Source: Acidobacteriota bacterium
Lineage (GTDB): Bacteria; Acidobacteriota; Thermoanaerobaculia; Multivoradales; UBA5704
Direction: 5' to 3'
Assembly: GCA_040005235.1 (NCBI GenBank)
Contig: JBDTZG010000062.1
Location: forward strand, 1-29,050
DNA length: 29,050 nt
Within the stretch, counting starts at the first letter, position 1, and each line of letters starts with the position of its first letter. The notes beneath the pieces were generated by a model. That model did not search any database. It saw only the letters and a program-made list of their open reading frames with translations, and was not told the origin of the DNA. Positions 1 through 8,149 of this stretch are shown piece after piece. The translations under genes were made by a program, and so were the position numbers.

Positions 1-1539
1 TTGGCGCTCGGCGGCGAATGGGTTTCGTCGCGCATCAACCGCGCCTCGGGCGGCGCGGAGTACCTGGAAATCTACGCCCCGGTCCGGCCGCCGGGTGGCT
101 TGGGGGGCGCGCCGCGGTTGTTTCTTTCCGCGCCTCTCCTCGCGCAGCAGGAGGAGGCAGCCGTCGAGGTGGACCGGCTGCGCCGCCGGGCGTTGCTGGT
201 CACCGCGGCGCTGATCGCCTTGATGATCGCGGTGGGCTCCCGCCTGGCGCGCAGTTTCACCCATCCGATCCGCGAGCTGGTGGCCGGCACCGCGCGCATC
301 GCGGCCGGCGCGCCGACGCTCGGCTACGCTCCGGCCGAGCTGGAGCTGGCGGCGTTGGGCCGGGCGATCGACGACATGGCCCGACGGATCGCCGAAGCGC
401 GCGAGGGGCTGCTGCGCGAAAAGCAGGTGGTCGAGCGGATGATCGAGAACATCACCTCGGGCGTGGTCTCGCTCGATTCCTCCGGCCGCGTGCTGCTTCA
501 CAACCGGGTGGCGGCCGATCTGCTCGGCGTGGCGGTGGGGGAGCGGCTCGATCGCACACTCCGCGCCGCGCGGCTCGCCCCGGTGCGTGCCTTCCTGCGC
601 GAAACCCGCGCGGGAGAGGCGGCACGGCGCACGATCCGGCTGGCGCCTCCGGTGGCTCCGGAGGAGAAAGCGGTGTCCGCCCTACTCGGCGAGTCTTCGG
701 TTGACCACCCGGTTGGCCACGCGACTGACCACCCGGTTGGCGACGCGGGAGGCGAGCGCGAATGGACCATTCTGCGCGTGCCGGTGCCCGGCGCGGGCGA
801 GCCCTCCGAGCTGCTGGTGGTCGAAGACGCCACGGAAGAGCTGCGGGCCCAACGCCTGCTCGCTTGGGCCGAGATGGCGCGGATCATCGCCCACGAGATC
901 AAGAATCCGTTGACCCCGATCCGGCTTTCGACCGAGCACCTGCGCGAGGTGTGGAAGCGCGACCGCGAGCACTTCGAGCCGGTCTTCGAGCGCTGCACCA
1001 CGAACATCCTGGCCCAGGTGGACGAGCTGCGGCAGATCGCGCTCGAATTCTCGACCTACAGCTCGATTCCGCGTATCGACCCGGCCCCGGCCGACCTGGT
1101 CGCCGCGATGGGCGAGCTGATCGAGGGCTATCGCGCGGCGCCGCCGCCCGGAGTCGAGGTGGTGTTCGAGCCGCGGGTCGAGACCCTGCCGGTGCGCGTG
1201 GATTCGCGCCTGCTGGGCCGCGCGGTCCGCAATCTGCTCGAAAACGCGATCCGCGCCTCGGCGGGCGGCGGGCGGGTGACGCTGCGCCTCGAGGCCGAAG
1301 GCTCGCGCGCCCGGATCGCCGTGCTCGACGAAGGTCCGGGGGTGGCGCCCGAGCTGCTGCCGCGGATCTTCGATCCCTACTTTTCGACCCACGACACCGG
1401 CACCGGCTTAGGTTTGCCGATCGCCCGCCGGATCGCCGAGGAGCACGGCGGCGAGATCGCGGCCCGGAACCGCACCGAGGAGCCGGGAGCGCGGCGCGGC
1501 CTCGAGGTGGCGATCACCCTGCCGGCGGAGGCGGGGTAG
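1..1539 (+). CDS. Two-component sensor histidine kinase, NtrY-like (TM-HAMP-PAS-HisKA-HATPase), 5'-truncated
   Basis: TM helix LLVTAALIALMIAVG; HAMP (PIRELVAGTARIAAG...ELAALGRAIDDM); PAS start (IENITSGVVSLDSSGRVLLHN); H-box AWAEMARIIAHEIKNPLTPIRLS; N-box NLLENA; G1 DEGPG; F-box IFDPYFST; G2 GTGLGL. The ORF is open at the window edge. Confidence 0.93.
   Translation: MALGGEWVSSRINRASGGAEYLEIYAPVRPPGGLGGAPRLFLSAPLLAQQEEAAVEVDRLRRRALLVTAALIALMIAVGSRLARSFTHPIRELVAGTARIAAGAPTLGYAPAELELAALGRAIDDMARRIAEAREGLLREKQVVERMIENITSGVVSLDSSGRVLLHNRVAADLLGVAVGERLDRTLRAARLAPVRAFLRETRAGEAARRTIRLAPPVAPEEKAVSALLGESSVDHPVGHATDHPVGDAGGEREWTILRVPVPGAGEPSELLVVEDATEELRAQRLLAWAEMARIIAHEIKNPLTPIRLSTEHLREVWKRDREHFEPVFERCTTNILAQVDELRQIALEFSTYSSIPRIDPAPADLVAAMGELIEGYRAAPPPGVEVVFEPRVETLPVRVDSRLLGRAVRNLLENAIRASAGGGRVTLRLEAEGSRARIAVLDEGPGVAPELLPRIFDPYFSTHDTGTGLGLPIARRIAEEHGGEIAARNRTEEPGARRGLEVAITLPAEAG
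702..747 (+). repeat. 24-nt-period in-frame duplication (DHPVGHA/DHPVGDA) inside the kinase PAS region
   Basis: TGACCACCCGGTTGGCCACGCG at 702 and TGACCACCCGGTTGGCGACGCG at 726. Confidence 0.85.
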
Positions 1540-1574
1540 GCGCGAGCGCCGGGCTTGCCGGTGCACAATGGGCC

Positions 1575-2924
1575 ATGAGAATCGAGCAACCACGGTTTCG
1601 GATCGCCGTACGCCGGCCGCTCTGGCTCGCGCTTTCGCTGCTCCTCGTCGGAGCCCTGAGGTCGCCGGCGGAGGAGCCGGCAAGCCCGCGCCTCGGGGCG
1701 TTGCGGAAGGCGATCGGCGCAGGAGAATCCGGAGGCCTGGAGCAATTCTGGCGGAAAGTCGCCGAGGAAGGCACGCCGCTCGTCGAACCGATCGAAGGAT
1801 CGAAAGAGGAGGTGCTCGTCACCTATCTCTGGCGCGGCGGCGACGAGACGAAAAACGTCCTGGTCGTGATTACGCCGAACGACCTCGCGACGGCAGAGGG
1901 CATCGCCTGGGCGCGGCTCGCGCGTCTACCGGCGACCGACCTCTGGTACTTCTCGCGCCGGATGCGGAGCGACGCGCGCTTCGCCTATTCGCTCTCGGTA
2001 AACGATTCGCTGGCTCCGCTCGCGCAGGCGACCCCCGCCGAGGAGGAGGCGCGCTGGAACGCGCTGATCGCCGATCCGAAGAATCCGCGCTCCGCTCTCG
2101 ATCCCCAGGCTTCGCTCGCGGAGCTGCCGGGGGCTCCCCCCCAGCCTTGGATCGTGCCGCACCCGGAAAACCCCGCGGGCCGGCTGGAGGATCGGAATTT
2201 GAAGAGCGCGCTTCTCGGCAACGAGCGGCTCGTCCGGGTCTACACCCCTCCCGGCTACGACCCGAAATCGGCCCCTTACCCGCTCGCCGTGATTCTGGAC
2301 GGCCGGACCTACACGGCGGAGATTCCCACGCAGACGATTCTCGACAACCTGCTCGCGGCGGGGAAGATCCCGCCGCTCGTCGCGGTCTTCGTCTCGAATC
2401 CGAGCGCGGAATCCCGTTTAGGGGAATTCACCTGCAACCCGAAGTTCGCCGAATTCCTGAGCCAAGAGCTGATCCCCTGGGTGCGGAAGGATTGGCACGT
2501 CACGACCGATCCGGCGCGGACGGCGATCGCCGGTTCGAGCCTCGGCGGCCTCGCGGCGGCCTGCGCGGCGGTCTCTTCCCCGCAGATCTTCGGCAACGTC
2601 CTCTCGATCTCGGGCGCGTTCTATTGGCAGATCGCGGGCGACGCCGAACCCGAAGGGGTCGCCCACCGAATGGCCTTCGGACCGAAGCTGCCTCTCCGCT
2701 TCTACCTCGAAGCCGGGCTGATGGAAGACCGGCAGCGCCCGGGAAACCCCAGCCTACTCACCGCCAACCGCCACCTGCGCGACGTGCTCCAGGCCAAGGG
2801 CTACACGGTCGACTACCAGGAATTCAACGGCGGCCACTCGGTCCTGAATTGGCGCGGCTCGATTGCCGACGAGCTTCAAGCGCTGTTTTCCCGCACCTCT
2901 CGACGTGATCGAGCCGCGCCGTAA
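1575..2924 (+). CDS. Enterochelin-esterase (Fes/IroD)-like alpha/beta hydrolase with N-terminal signal peptide
   Basis: Fes N-domain-like FWRKVAEEGTPLVEP...VTYLWRG; ERLVRVYTPPGY; nucleophile motif GSSLGG; FGNVLSISGAFYW; catalytic His in EFNGGH. ATG at 1575 lies just after the kinase stop; hydrophobic stretch LWLALSLLLVGAL. Confidence 0.85.
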   Translation: MRIEQPRFRIAVRRPLWLALSLLLVGALRSPAEEPASPRLGALRKAIGAGESGGLEQFWRKVAEEGTPLVEPIEGSKEEVLVTYLWRGGDETKNVLVVITPNDLATAEGIAWARLARLPATDLWYFSRRMRSDARFAYSLSVNDSLAPLAQATPAEEEARWNALIADPKNPRSALDPQASLAELPGAPPQPWIVPHPENPAGRLEDRNLKSALLGNERLVRVYTPPGYDPKSAPYPLAVILDGRTYTAEIPTQTILDNLLAAGKIPPLVAVFVSNPSAESRLGEFTCNPKFAEFLSQELIPWVRKDWHVTTDPARTAIAGSSLGGLAAACAAVSSPQIFGNVLSISGAFYWQIAGDAEPEGVAHRMAFGPKLPLRFYLEAGLMEDRQRPGNPSLLTANRHLRDVLQAKGYTVDYQEFNGGHSVLNWRGSIADELQALFSRTSRRDRAAP

Positions 2925-2949
2925 AACGTCGCCTTGGTGCGGCAGGAGA

Positions 2950-4302
2950 TCAGCACCGCGCGGGCCGCGTTTGCAAACCCTCGACCTGGCGGATCGCTGC
3001 GGCGAGGTGTTTGTCGGTGACGCGCTGTTGGACGGCGGCCTGCTTCAGAAGGAAGATGGCCTGAAGCGCTTCGCGCTCGATGCCGAGCTCGCCGAAGGTC
3101 CGGACGAGGTGCCCTGAGGCGTCGGCGATCTCGGCGTACAGCCCCTGGTAGAGCCAGATGCCGCACAGGTCGAGCACCACGAGCGCCTGGTGGTAGGGGA
3201 GGCCCATGGCGCCGAACTCGCCTGCGAGCCGCCACAGCTCCGCCGCAGCCGGCACGACGCAGCCGACCCCTGCTACGCACTTCGCCTCCATCCAACGCAG
3301 CTTGCGGATCTCGATCGGCGAGGCGTGAGGCTCCAGGCAACGGCGGAGGTCGGGGAGGAGCTGCCCGGCTTCGGCGTAGAGGCCAGCGCGGACCAGCGCG
3401 TCAACGGCATTCTTGAAGGCAAACCCTGCAACCTCATTTTGCTTAGCGATGATGAGGTTGTCGTGTGCGACCACATATGCCGTAGCCGCCCGAGTATAGG
3501 CCCCTTGAAAATACGCGACGTTGCCGATCTGCATCAAAGTTCTTCCAAGGGCTTCATAATCACCGGTTGCGCGATGAAAGGTCTCCAGCTGGGCCAGCAA
3601 AATCTCCGCCTGCCCGAGTTGTCGCCCGTCCATGAAGGCCGAGGCTTCGAGGCTCGCGATCTCGACGAGCAGCGGCAGTCCTTCCGAACCCTTTCCCGCC
3701 TCCTGCCGCGCCGCCTCCAGCTCGGCAATTGCCGCCTGCGTCGAGCCCGCGAGCCGCCAGGCGTTCGCCCGCTCGGCCCGGGAGCGGGCCGCGAGATCCC
3801 ATAGCAGGGTCTCGTTCGGCTCCCGCTCGGCAAGTGCCAGCGCGGCGTCTAGCGCCTCGGTGGCGAATTGTGTGTAGTCCGCCAAGCTGCCGCCGCGCAT
3901 CGAACGGGCCACCCGAACCAGCCGGTCGACCCATGCGAGCTTGACCCAGAGCGAATCCTCCAGATCCGGCGGGTGCGTCGCCGCGCCCGACTCCGGAGCG
4001 TTCGCGGCACTGGGCAGGCCGACCAGCGCGCCCCAGGAGCCGACCTGCTCGCGCAGCCGGGCGAACGCCTGGTCGATCGGCGCGTCGTAATCGTCCTTGG
4101 AGGGGATAGGCGCGAATGCCAGAGCGTGTCCCGCGAGCACCGGCCGGCAGAGGGCGGCGCACTCGGCGCAACCGGCGAGCAGGTGACGGAAGACGCGGAG
4201 ACGAATCGGGGAGTGGAGCGTGCCGGCGAAGAAGGCTTCGATTTCCGCCTCGGCGGGGTGAACGGCCACGAAAACGGCGTCGGTCGGCTGCGGCTTCGCC
4301 AT
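2950..4302 (-). CDS. TPR-repeat protein with N-terminal zinc-finger (zf-HC2/anti-sigma-like) motif
   Basis: N-terminal HP..E...F..G.L......VFRHLLAGCAEC (H...HxxxxCxxC); helical TPR-like repeats such as ALGRTLMQIGNVAYFQGAYTRAATAY; GGGAGG RBS upstream of the ATG at 4302. Confidence 0.75.
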   Translation of the reverse strand: MAKPQPTDAVFVAVHPAEAEIEAFFAGTLHSPIRLRVFRHLLAGCAECAALCRPVLAGHALAFAPIPSKDDYDAPIDQAFARLREQVGSWGALVGLPSAANAPESGAATHPPDLEDSLWVKLAWVDRLVRVARSMRGGSLADYTQFATEALDAALALAEREPNETLLWDLAARSRAERANAWRLAGSTQAAIAELEAARQEAGKGSEGLPLLVEIASLEASAFMDGRQLGQAEILLAQLETFHRATGDYEALGRTLMQIGNVAYFQGAYTRAATAYVVAHDNLIIAKQNEVAGFAFKNAVDALVRAGLYAEAGQLLPDLRRCLEPHASPIEIRKLRWMEAKCVAGVGCVVPAAAELWRLAGEFGAMGLPYHQALVVLDLCGIWLYQGLYAEIADASGHLVRTFGELGIEREALQAIFLLKQAAVQQRVTDKHLAAAIRQVEGLQTRPARC

Positions 4303-4470
4303 GGTACGGAGCACCCTCCCTATTCACCAGCAATCGATCACGAACCAGGATACGTCCTTGAGGAACCGATTGTCGCATGGTTGCGCAACCGGCGGGAAGG
4401 TACTGACGCAGTTTTCTCTCCGCCCGGGCGGGCGTCGTGACCGGAAGGACGTTCTCGAAATGCCGACGCG

Positions 4471-5703
4471 CTAATTCCCCGCCGGGGCGCCGGTCGGTGC
4501 GGGCTTGGGCTCTCGCGGCGGAATCGGCGTTCCGTTGACCGAAGCCTCAGGTACTTCCCGCCAATCAGCGTCTTGGAGGGCTTCCTCGGGAACTTCCCAG
4601 ATGCCGTCTTTCGCCAAACGGGGCGCAAGGATTAGTGAATGCGCGCCTGCCGCAAGCGTAATGCGGCCGGGGGCAAGAGTCACCCCGGCAAGCAACACCC
4701 GGTCATAGGCCGGGTAGGAAGGATCGAACCGATCGAGCGCCAAGCCGTCGTTCGTTTCACAGATCAGATAGACCAAGCCGTCTCGTCCCACGGTCATGGC
4801 GCGGTACAGCGGCCTTGCAACGACCGGGCTGACCTTTTTGCGGTCGAAAGTGAAGCCAACCGCCGCGCTACTCTTCTCCAAGTGGGCGTAGTCCTCTTCC
4901 GACCGCTCGGCCCAGACCACTTCACCTTTACCCACACGCAGCTCGTCTTTTAGCAGACCCGAGGCGGTGAACCTCCGGAGGCGGTAAGCGTTTCGGTCGG
5001 CCACCCAGAGCTGGCCGTTGGGCGCCAAGGCGATCAGGGTTCCGAATTGCCCTCGAAGCGACTCCATCGGGCTCGCTCCGGTGGTTTCCCGCTCATCGGG
5101 CACGGCGCCGTCGACCAGAGTCTCCCAGCGCTTGCCATCCCACTTCTTGATCAGGGGCGGTGCCGCGAGCTGCGGTGCTTCCCCAGTCACTAGGTCGAGT
5201 TCGCCGGGAAGAACGCCCACCACCGGCCCATCGTCCGCAGCCAATGAGGAAACCAGCCACTTGCTTTCCAACCGCAACTCACTCTGACCCCCGCGAAACA
5301 CTTCAAGCCGGTTCGGAGTCCGGTAAGTCACCCAGACGTCGCCAGCGGGAGAAAGCGACGCGGTATCGACCGAACCGCCCTTTTCGTCCTGGGCCTCCGC
5401 CCCTTCGAGCTGTCCGCGGGGGACCAACCGGCCCGCGGAGGTCAGGGCGAAAAGATCCAAGGTGTCGCCGCGGAGAAGGTAGGCACGGCCCTGTTTGTCG
5501 GCCTGGATGAACTGAATGCCCGGCCAAGCCGTAGCCGGGTTGTCGGGAAGTGCGAGCGCGCGGAGCTGGGCAAAGCCTTCCGCCCCCTTCCTCTCGGCAT
5601 TCTTCTCAACGGCCTTGGGTGCCCTTGAAGCCTGCACGGCACCCAGCGCGAGGGGAAGCGCGAGAGCTAGTAGAAGTGCGATCCGGCGCGCCGCAATCAC
5701 CAT
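4471..5703 (-). CDS. Exported NHL-like beta-propeller protein
   Basis: Signal peptide MVIAARRIALLLALALPLALGAVQA; blade motifs IQADKQGRAYLL, IALAPNGQLWVADRNAYRLRRFTASG, MTVGRDGLVYLI. The ATG overlaps the upstream TGA (TGATG). Confidence 0.72.
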   Translation of the reverse strand: MVIAARRIALLLALALPLALGAVQASRAPKAVEKNAERKGAEGFAQLRALALPDNPATAWPGIQFIQADKQGRAYLLRGDTLDLFALTSAGRLVPRGQLEGAEAQDEKGGSVDTASLSPAGDVWVTYRTPNRLEVFRGGQSELRLESKWLVSSLAADDGPVVGVLPGELDLVTGEAPQLAAPPLIKKWDGKRWETLVDGAVPDERETTGASPMESLRGQFGTLIALAPNGQLWVADRNAYRLRRFTASGLLKDELRVGKGEVVWAERSEEDYAHLEKSSAAVGFTFDRKKVSPVVARPLYRAMTVGRDGLVYLICETNDGLALDRFDPSYPAYDRVLLAGVTLAPGRITLAAGAHSLILAPRLAKDGIWEVPEEALQDADWREVPEASVNGTPIPPREPKPAPTGAPAGN

Positions 5704-5918
5704 CAGATCGCCCTTTCCCAACACTCGTCGGAGCAATATTCGGAGAGGATCTCGCCAGTCACCGTGTCTTCACAGTATACGCAGGTGTAATGACAGCAGA
5801 CCCAGAGACCGCACCGCGAGTAGCTGTACGACGAGCACCGAATCCCTGCTGAAGCAGGCTCCGCAAACCCGACCAGTACGCCGAGCACCAAAGCGACTCC
5901 CAAAATCATACGTTTCAC
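5703..5918 (-). CDS. Small secreted Cys-rich peptide (71 aa; 24-aa signal plus 47-aa mature region with 8 Cys)
   Basis: GAGGAGG RBS then GTG start; MKRMILGVALVLGVLVGFAEPASA|GIRCSSYSYSRCGLWVCCHYTCVYCEDTVTGEILSEYCSDECWERAI; stop overlaps the next gene's start. Confidence 0.8.
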   Translation of the reverse strand: MKRMILGVALVLGVLVGFAEPASAGIRCSSYSYSRCGLWVCCHYTCVYCEDTVTGEILSEYCSDECWERAI

Positions 5919-6000
5919 GGCTAAGCCCTCCTCTAGCAAAAGTAGCATACGGCAAAACACCGTACTACATGACACCGTGCGTGCCAGACGTGAAACGTGA

Positions 6001-6029
6001 CAAGAAAGGGCGGAGACCAGCCTCCGCCC
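6001..6029 (-). terminator. Probable intrinsic terminator downstream of the DPNG-peptide gene
   Basis: 8-bp GC stem GGGCGGAG/CTCCGCCC (6008-6029) followed on the minus strand by TTTCTTG. Confidence 0.6.
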
Positions 6030-6075
6030 CTACGGGAACGGATACCGCTGCCGGGGCGACGTCTTTTGCCCGTCG

Positions 6076-6441
6076 TCAGTGGGTTTCGCCGTCACCGCCG
6101 CCGGCCGGCAGGCCGTTTGCGAGCGGTTCGGGCCGTCCGTTGGGATCGGTCACGCTTCCTTGCTCCGCCGACAGGAATCCGATCCCGCCGGGGGCGTAGG
6201 CGGCGGGGGGCGGAGCGGGCTTGCCGTTGGGGTCGATCGCCATCCCTTGCTCGCCGAACAGATGGTCGATCCCGCGGCCGGCCCAGGCGGCGGCACGGTC
6301 GGCGAAGCGGGCGAACAGGTCCCAGGGTGAAAACGGTGCGGCGGCGGCGGGGGCCGGGGGTGCCAAAAGCGACAACGCGAGCAGCGCCAGGGCGGCAGGC
6401 GGCACGGGGCTCCGGCGGCGGGGCGGGGTGGGCGTGGGCAT
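6076..6441 (-). CDS. Small exported precursor-like peptide (121 aa) with duplicated EQGxxxDPNG core
   Basis: AGGAGG RBS before ATG 6441; signal region RRR...AALALLALSLLAPPAPAAAA; repeats GIDHLFGEQGMAIDPNGKP and GIGFLSAEQGSVTDPNGRP; followed by a terminator-like hairpin. Confidence 0.75.
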   Translation of the reverse strand: MPTPTPPRRRSPVPPAALALLALSLLAPPAPAAAAPFSPWDLFARFADRAAAWAGRGIDHLFGEQGMAIDPNGKPAPPPAAYAPGGIGFLSAEQGSVTDPNGRPEPLANGLPAGGGDGETH

Positions 6442-6493
6442 GGAATGCCCTCCTATAGAGACGCCCGCGGAGCGTCGAAAAGGAACCGGAATG

Positions 6494-6757
6494 GCCCCCG
6501 CGCCCGCGGGGGCAACGCGTTCGCCGCGTTGCGGAGAGCCCAAGCATCGCAGAGCGAGACGCGAAAATCTCGCCCGTAAGGGGCGCTTTGCAGGGCCAAA
6601 TCGGCGGCGAGGTTGCCGATTTCGACAATATAGGAGTTATTTCCGGTATTTCAACGGATAAATTTAGTTGGATGAAGTCGCCGGCAGATTTACACCGGTC
6701 TGAGTGTCCTCATGTACGTCTCACTTATCTAGAACTGAGTCACACAGATTCAATCTG
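6494..6757. promoter_or_regulatory. Divergent control region with several inverted repeats
   Basis: GCCCCCGCG/CGCGGGGGC (6494-6513), GCAACGCG/CGCGTTGC (6512-6532), AAATCGGC-N9-GCCGATTT (6598-6622), CAGATT-C-AATCTG (6745-6757); AT-rich core at about 6620-6770. Confidence 0.5.
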
Positions 6758-6767
6758 ACAATCTCTC

Positions 6768-6797
6768 TTGACAGGTCGGGCTTCGTGGATCTAACCT
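6768..6797 (+). promoter_or_regulatory. Sigma70-type promoter
   Basis: Perfect TTGACA (6768-6773), 18-nt spacer, TAACCT (6792-6797), facing the plus-strand operon. Confidence 0.55.
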
Positions 6798-6805
6798 CCC
6801 GTCCG

Positions 6806-6988
6806 ATGAAACAACTTCAAGCTGTTTGTGGGTACCTGGATATGACTCTCGGTGACTTCTTTTCATTGACGGGGAACTTACGCGTCGTCAACCGGTCGGC
6901 GTCGGCGTTCTTCGATTCAACGGCATCCGGTGCGCCGGAATGCGAACTCGCATTCGCCGAGATTTCTTTTCCGGAGGTTCTGTCATGA
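6806..6988 (+). CDS. Possible leaderless 60-aa upstream ORF
   Basis: ATG 8 nt after the -10 box; its TGA overlaps the ATG of the next gene (ATGA); MKQLQAVCGYLDMTLGDFFSL resembles the final helices of an XRE HTH. Confidence 0.35.
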   Translation: MKQLQAVCGYLDMTLGDFFSLTGNLRVVNRSASAFFDSTASGAPECELAFAEISFPEVLS

Positions 6989-8118
6989 CCATCCCCGCCT
7001 GCCTGCCGCTCCTCTACTCCCGCTCCGTTCCCGACGCTCGCAGGGCGGCCGAAACGGCCCGCGAATGGGGGAAACGATTGGGCGGCTTCCAACCCGCTCC
7101 TCCCGATCCTGAATGGCCGAACGCCGAGTGGGACCGGCTTGCCGCCGCCTTTTTCGACATGATGCGCAATCCCGAGGACTTCGATTCCTACCGCTCCGCC
7201 TTCGTGGCCTTTGCGGGTCTCGCAGGCACTCGGCTCGCACTCGCTCTGCTCGGTTTTGCCGAAGAGTCCGCCGAGGATGTGTTCAACCTCGTCAGGGCCT
7301 CGCTATACCGAATCCAGCACGCCAACCCCTCGCACAACGTATTGCCGCCCGGCGTCCAGGCCGAGAGCTGGGCTCTCTTGGGCGACGCGTACCGCCGAGT
7401 GGGAAAACCCATTCACGCCGAAGTGGCGTTCCAACGAGCTTTCACCAGCATCGACGAGAGCACCGACGCATTCACTTTCGCCCGGGTCGAAGACTTGTAC
7501 GCCCGGATGGAAAGAGACCGAGGTGCTTTGGCCGAGGCGGTTGAAGGATGGCTCAGCGCGCTCGAAGCGTACAAAGCAGCGGGGGCGGAGGCGGCCGTTC
7601 TCGATACCGCCGTGCGTCTCGCTTCGGTGCTCTGCGAAGCCGGCGAGCCGCTGATGGCCGAGGACCTCTGTCAGGGGATTCTCGGTTCCCGGCCCGGGCC
7701 GATGCTCGGCTCCTGCCTGGTGCGCGAGGCGGCCCAGCTTTCGGCGCGCGGCCGGGACGCCGTGGTCGGTCAAATTGAGCGGATCGCGGAAGCTGGCCTG
7801 ATGGGGCACGTGTCGGTCTTGGAAAGACGTGACCTCGCCGGTCTGCGTTTCGACCGGCTGGCCGAACGGATTGCGGATTTAAGTCCTGGATCTCCTGCCC
7901 GCAACGTCGCGTCGGATACCGGGAAGGCCTACTCCCAGTGGTGCCGGGCGCAGCTGCTTTTCGATAGGCCCGTAGCCCGGGGCCTCTTTGCGCTCACTCG
8001 CATTCGACTGGCCGAAGACGAGAATTTCACCCCCGACCTCTCCGCCACGCTCGCCTATTTCGTCGTCCCGCCCGAGCCTCCGACCCGGCAGGGCGAGCCC
8101 ACCCCGAAAATCCACTGA
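6985..8118 (+). CDS. TPR-like helical-repeat protein (377 aa)
   Basis: GGAGG RBS at 6973-6977; TPR-like QAESWALLGDAYRRVGKPIHAEVAFQRA and ARVEDLYARMERDRGALAEAVEGWLSALEAY, similar in pattern to the 2950-4302 protein. Confidence 0.7.
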   Translation: MTIPACLPLLYSRSVPDARRAAETAREWGKRLGGFQPAPPDPEWPNAEWDRLAAAFFDMMRNPEDFDSYRSAFVAFAGLAGTRLALALLGFAEESAEDVFNLVRASLYRIQHANPSHNVLPPGVQAESWALLGDAYRRVGKPIHAEVAFQRAFTSIDESTDAFTFARVEDLYARMERDRGALAEAVEGWLSALEAYKAAGAEAAVLDTAVRLASVLCEAGEPLMAEDLCQGILGSRPGPMLGSCLVREAAQLSARGRDAVVGQIERIAEAGLMGHVSVLERRDLAGLRFDRLAERIADLSPGSPARNVASDTGKAYSQWCRAQLLFDRPVARGLFALTRIRLAEDENFTPDLSATLAYFVVPPEPPTRQGEPTPKIH

Positions 8119-8149
8119 CCGTTCGACCCCAACGCACAAGGAGAACGCC

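Noticed and set aside
762-1574. N-terminal extension of the 720-aa ORF (762-2924)
   Set aside because: Overlaps the kinase in another frame and is Arg/Gly/Ala junk; the esterase plausibly starts at ATG 1575.
5971-5987. Sigma54-like TGGCACG on the minus strand upstream of the Cys-rich peptide
   Set aside because: The -12 position reads GT rather than the required GC (GG-N10-GC).
5703-6441. Classical RiPP cluster (ranthipeptide, lanthipeptide or thiopeptide) around the two peptides
   Set aside because: No radical SAM, LanM/LanB, YcaO, peptidase or transporter gene is in the window, and the peptides carry Sec-type signals. Modification in trans remains possible.
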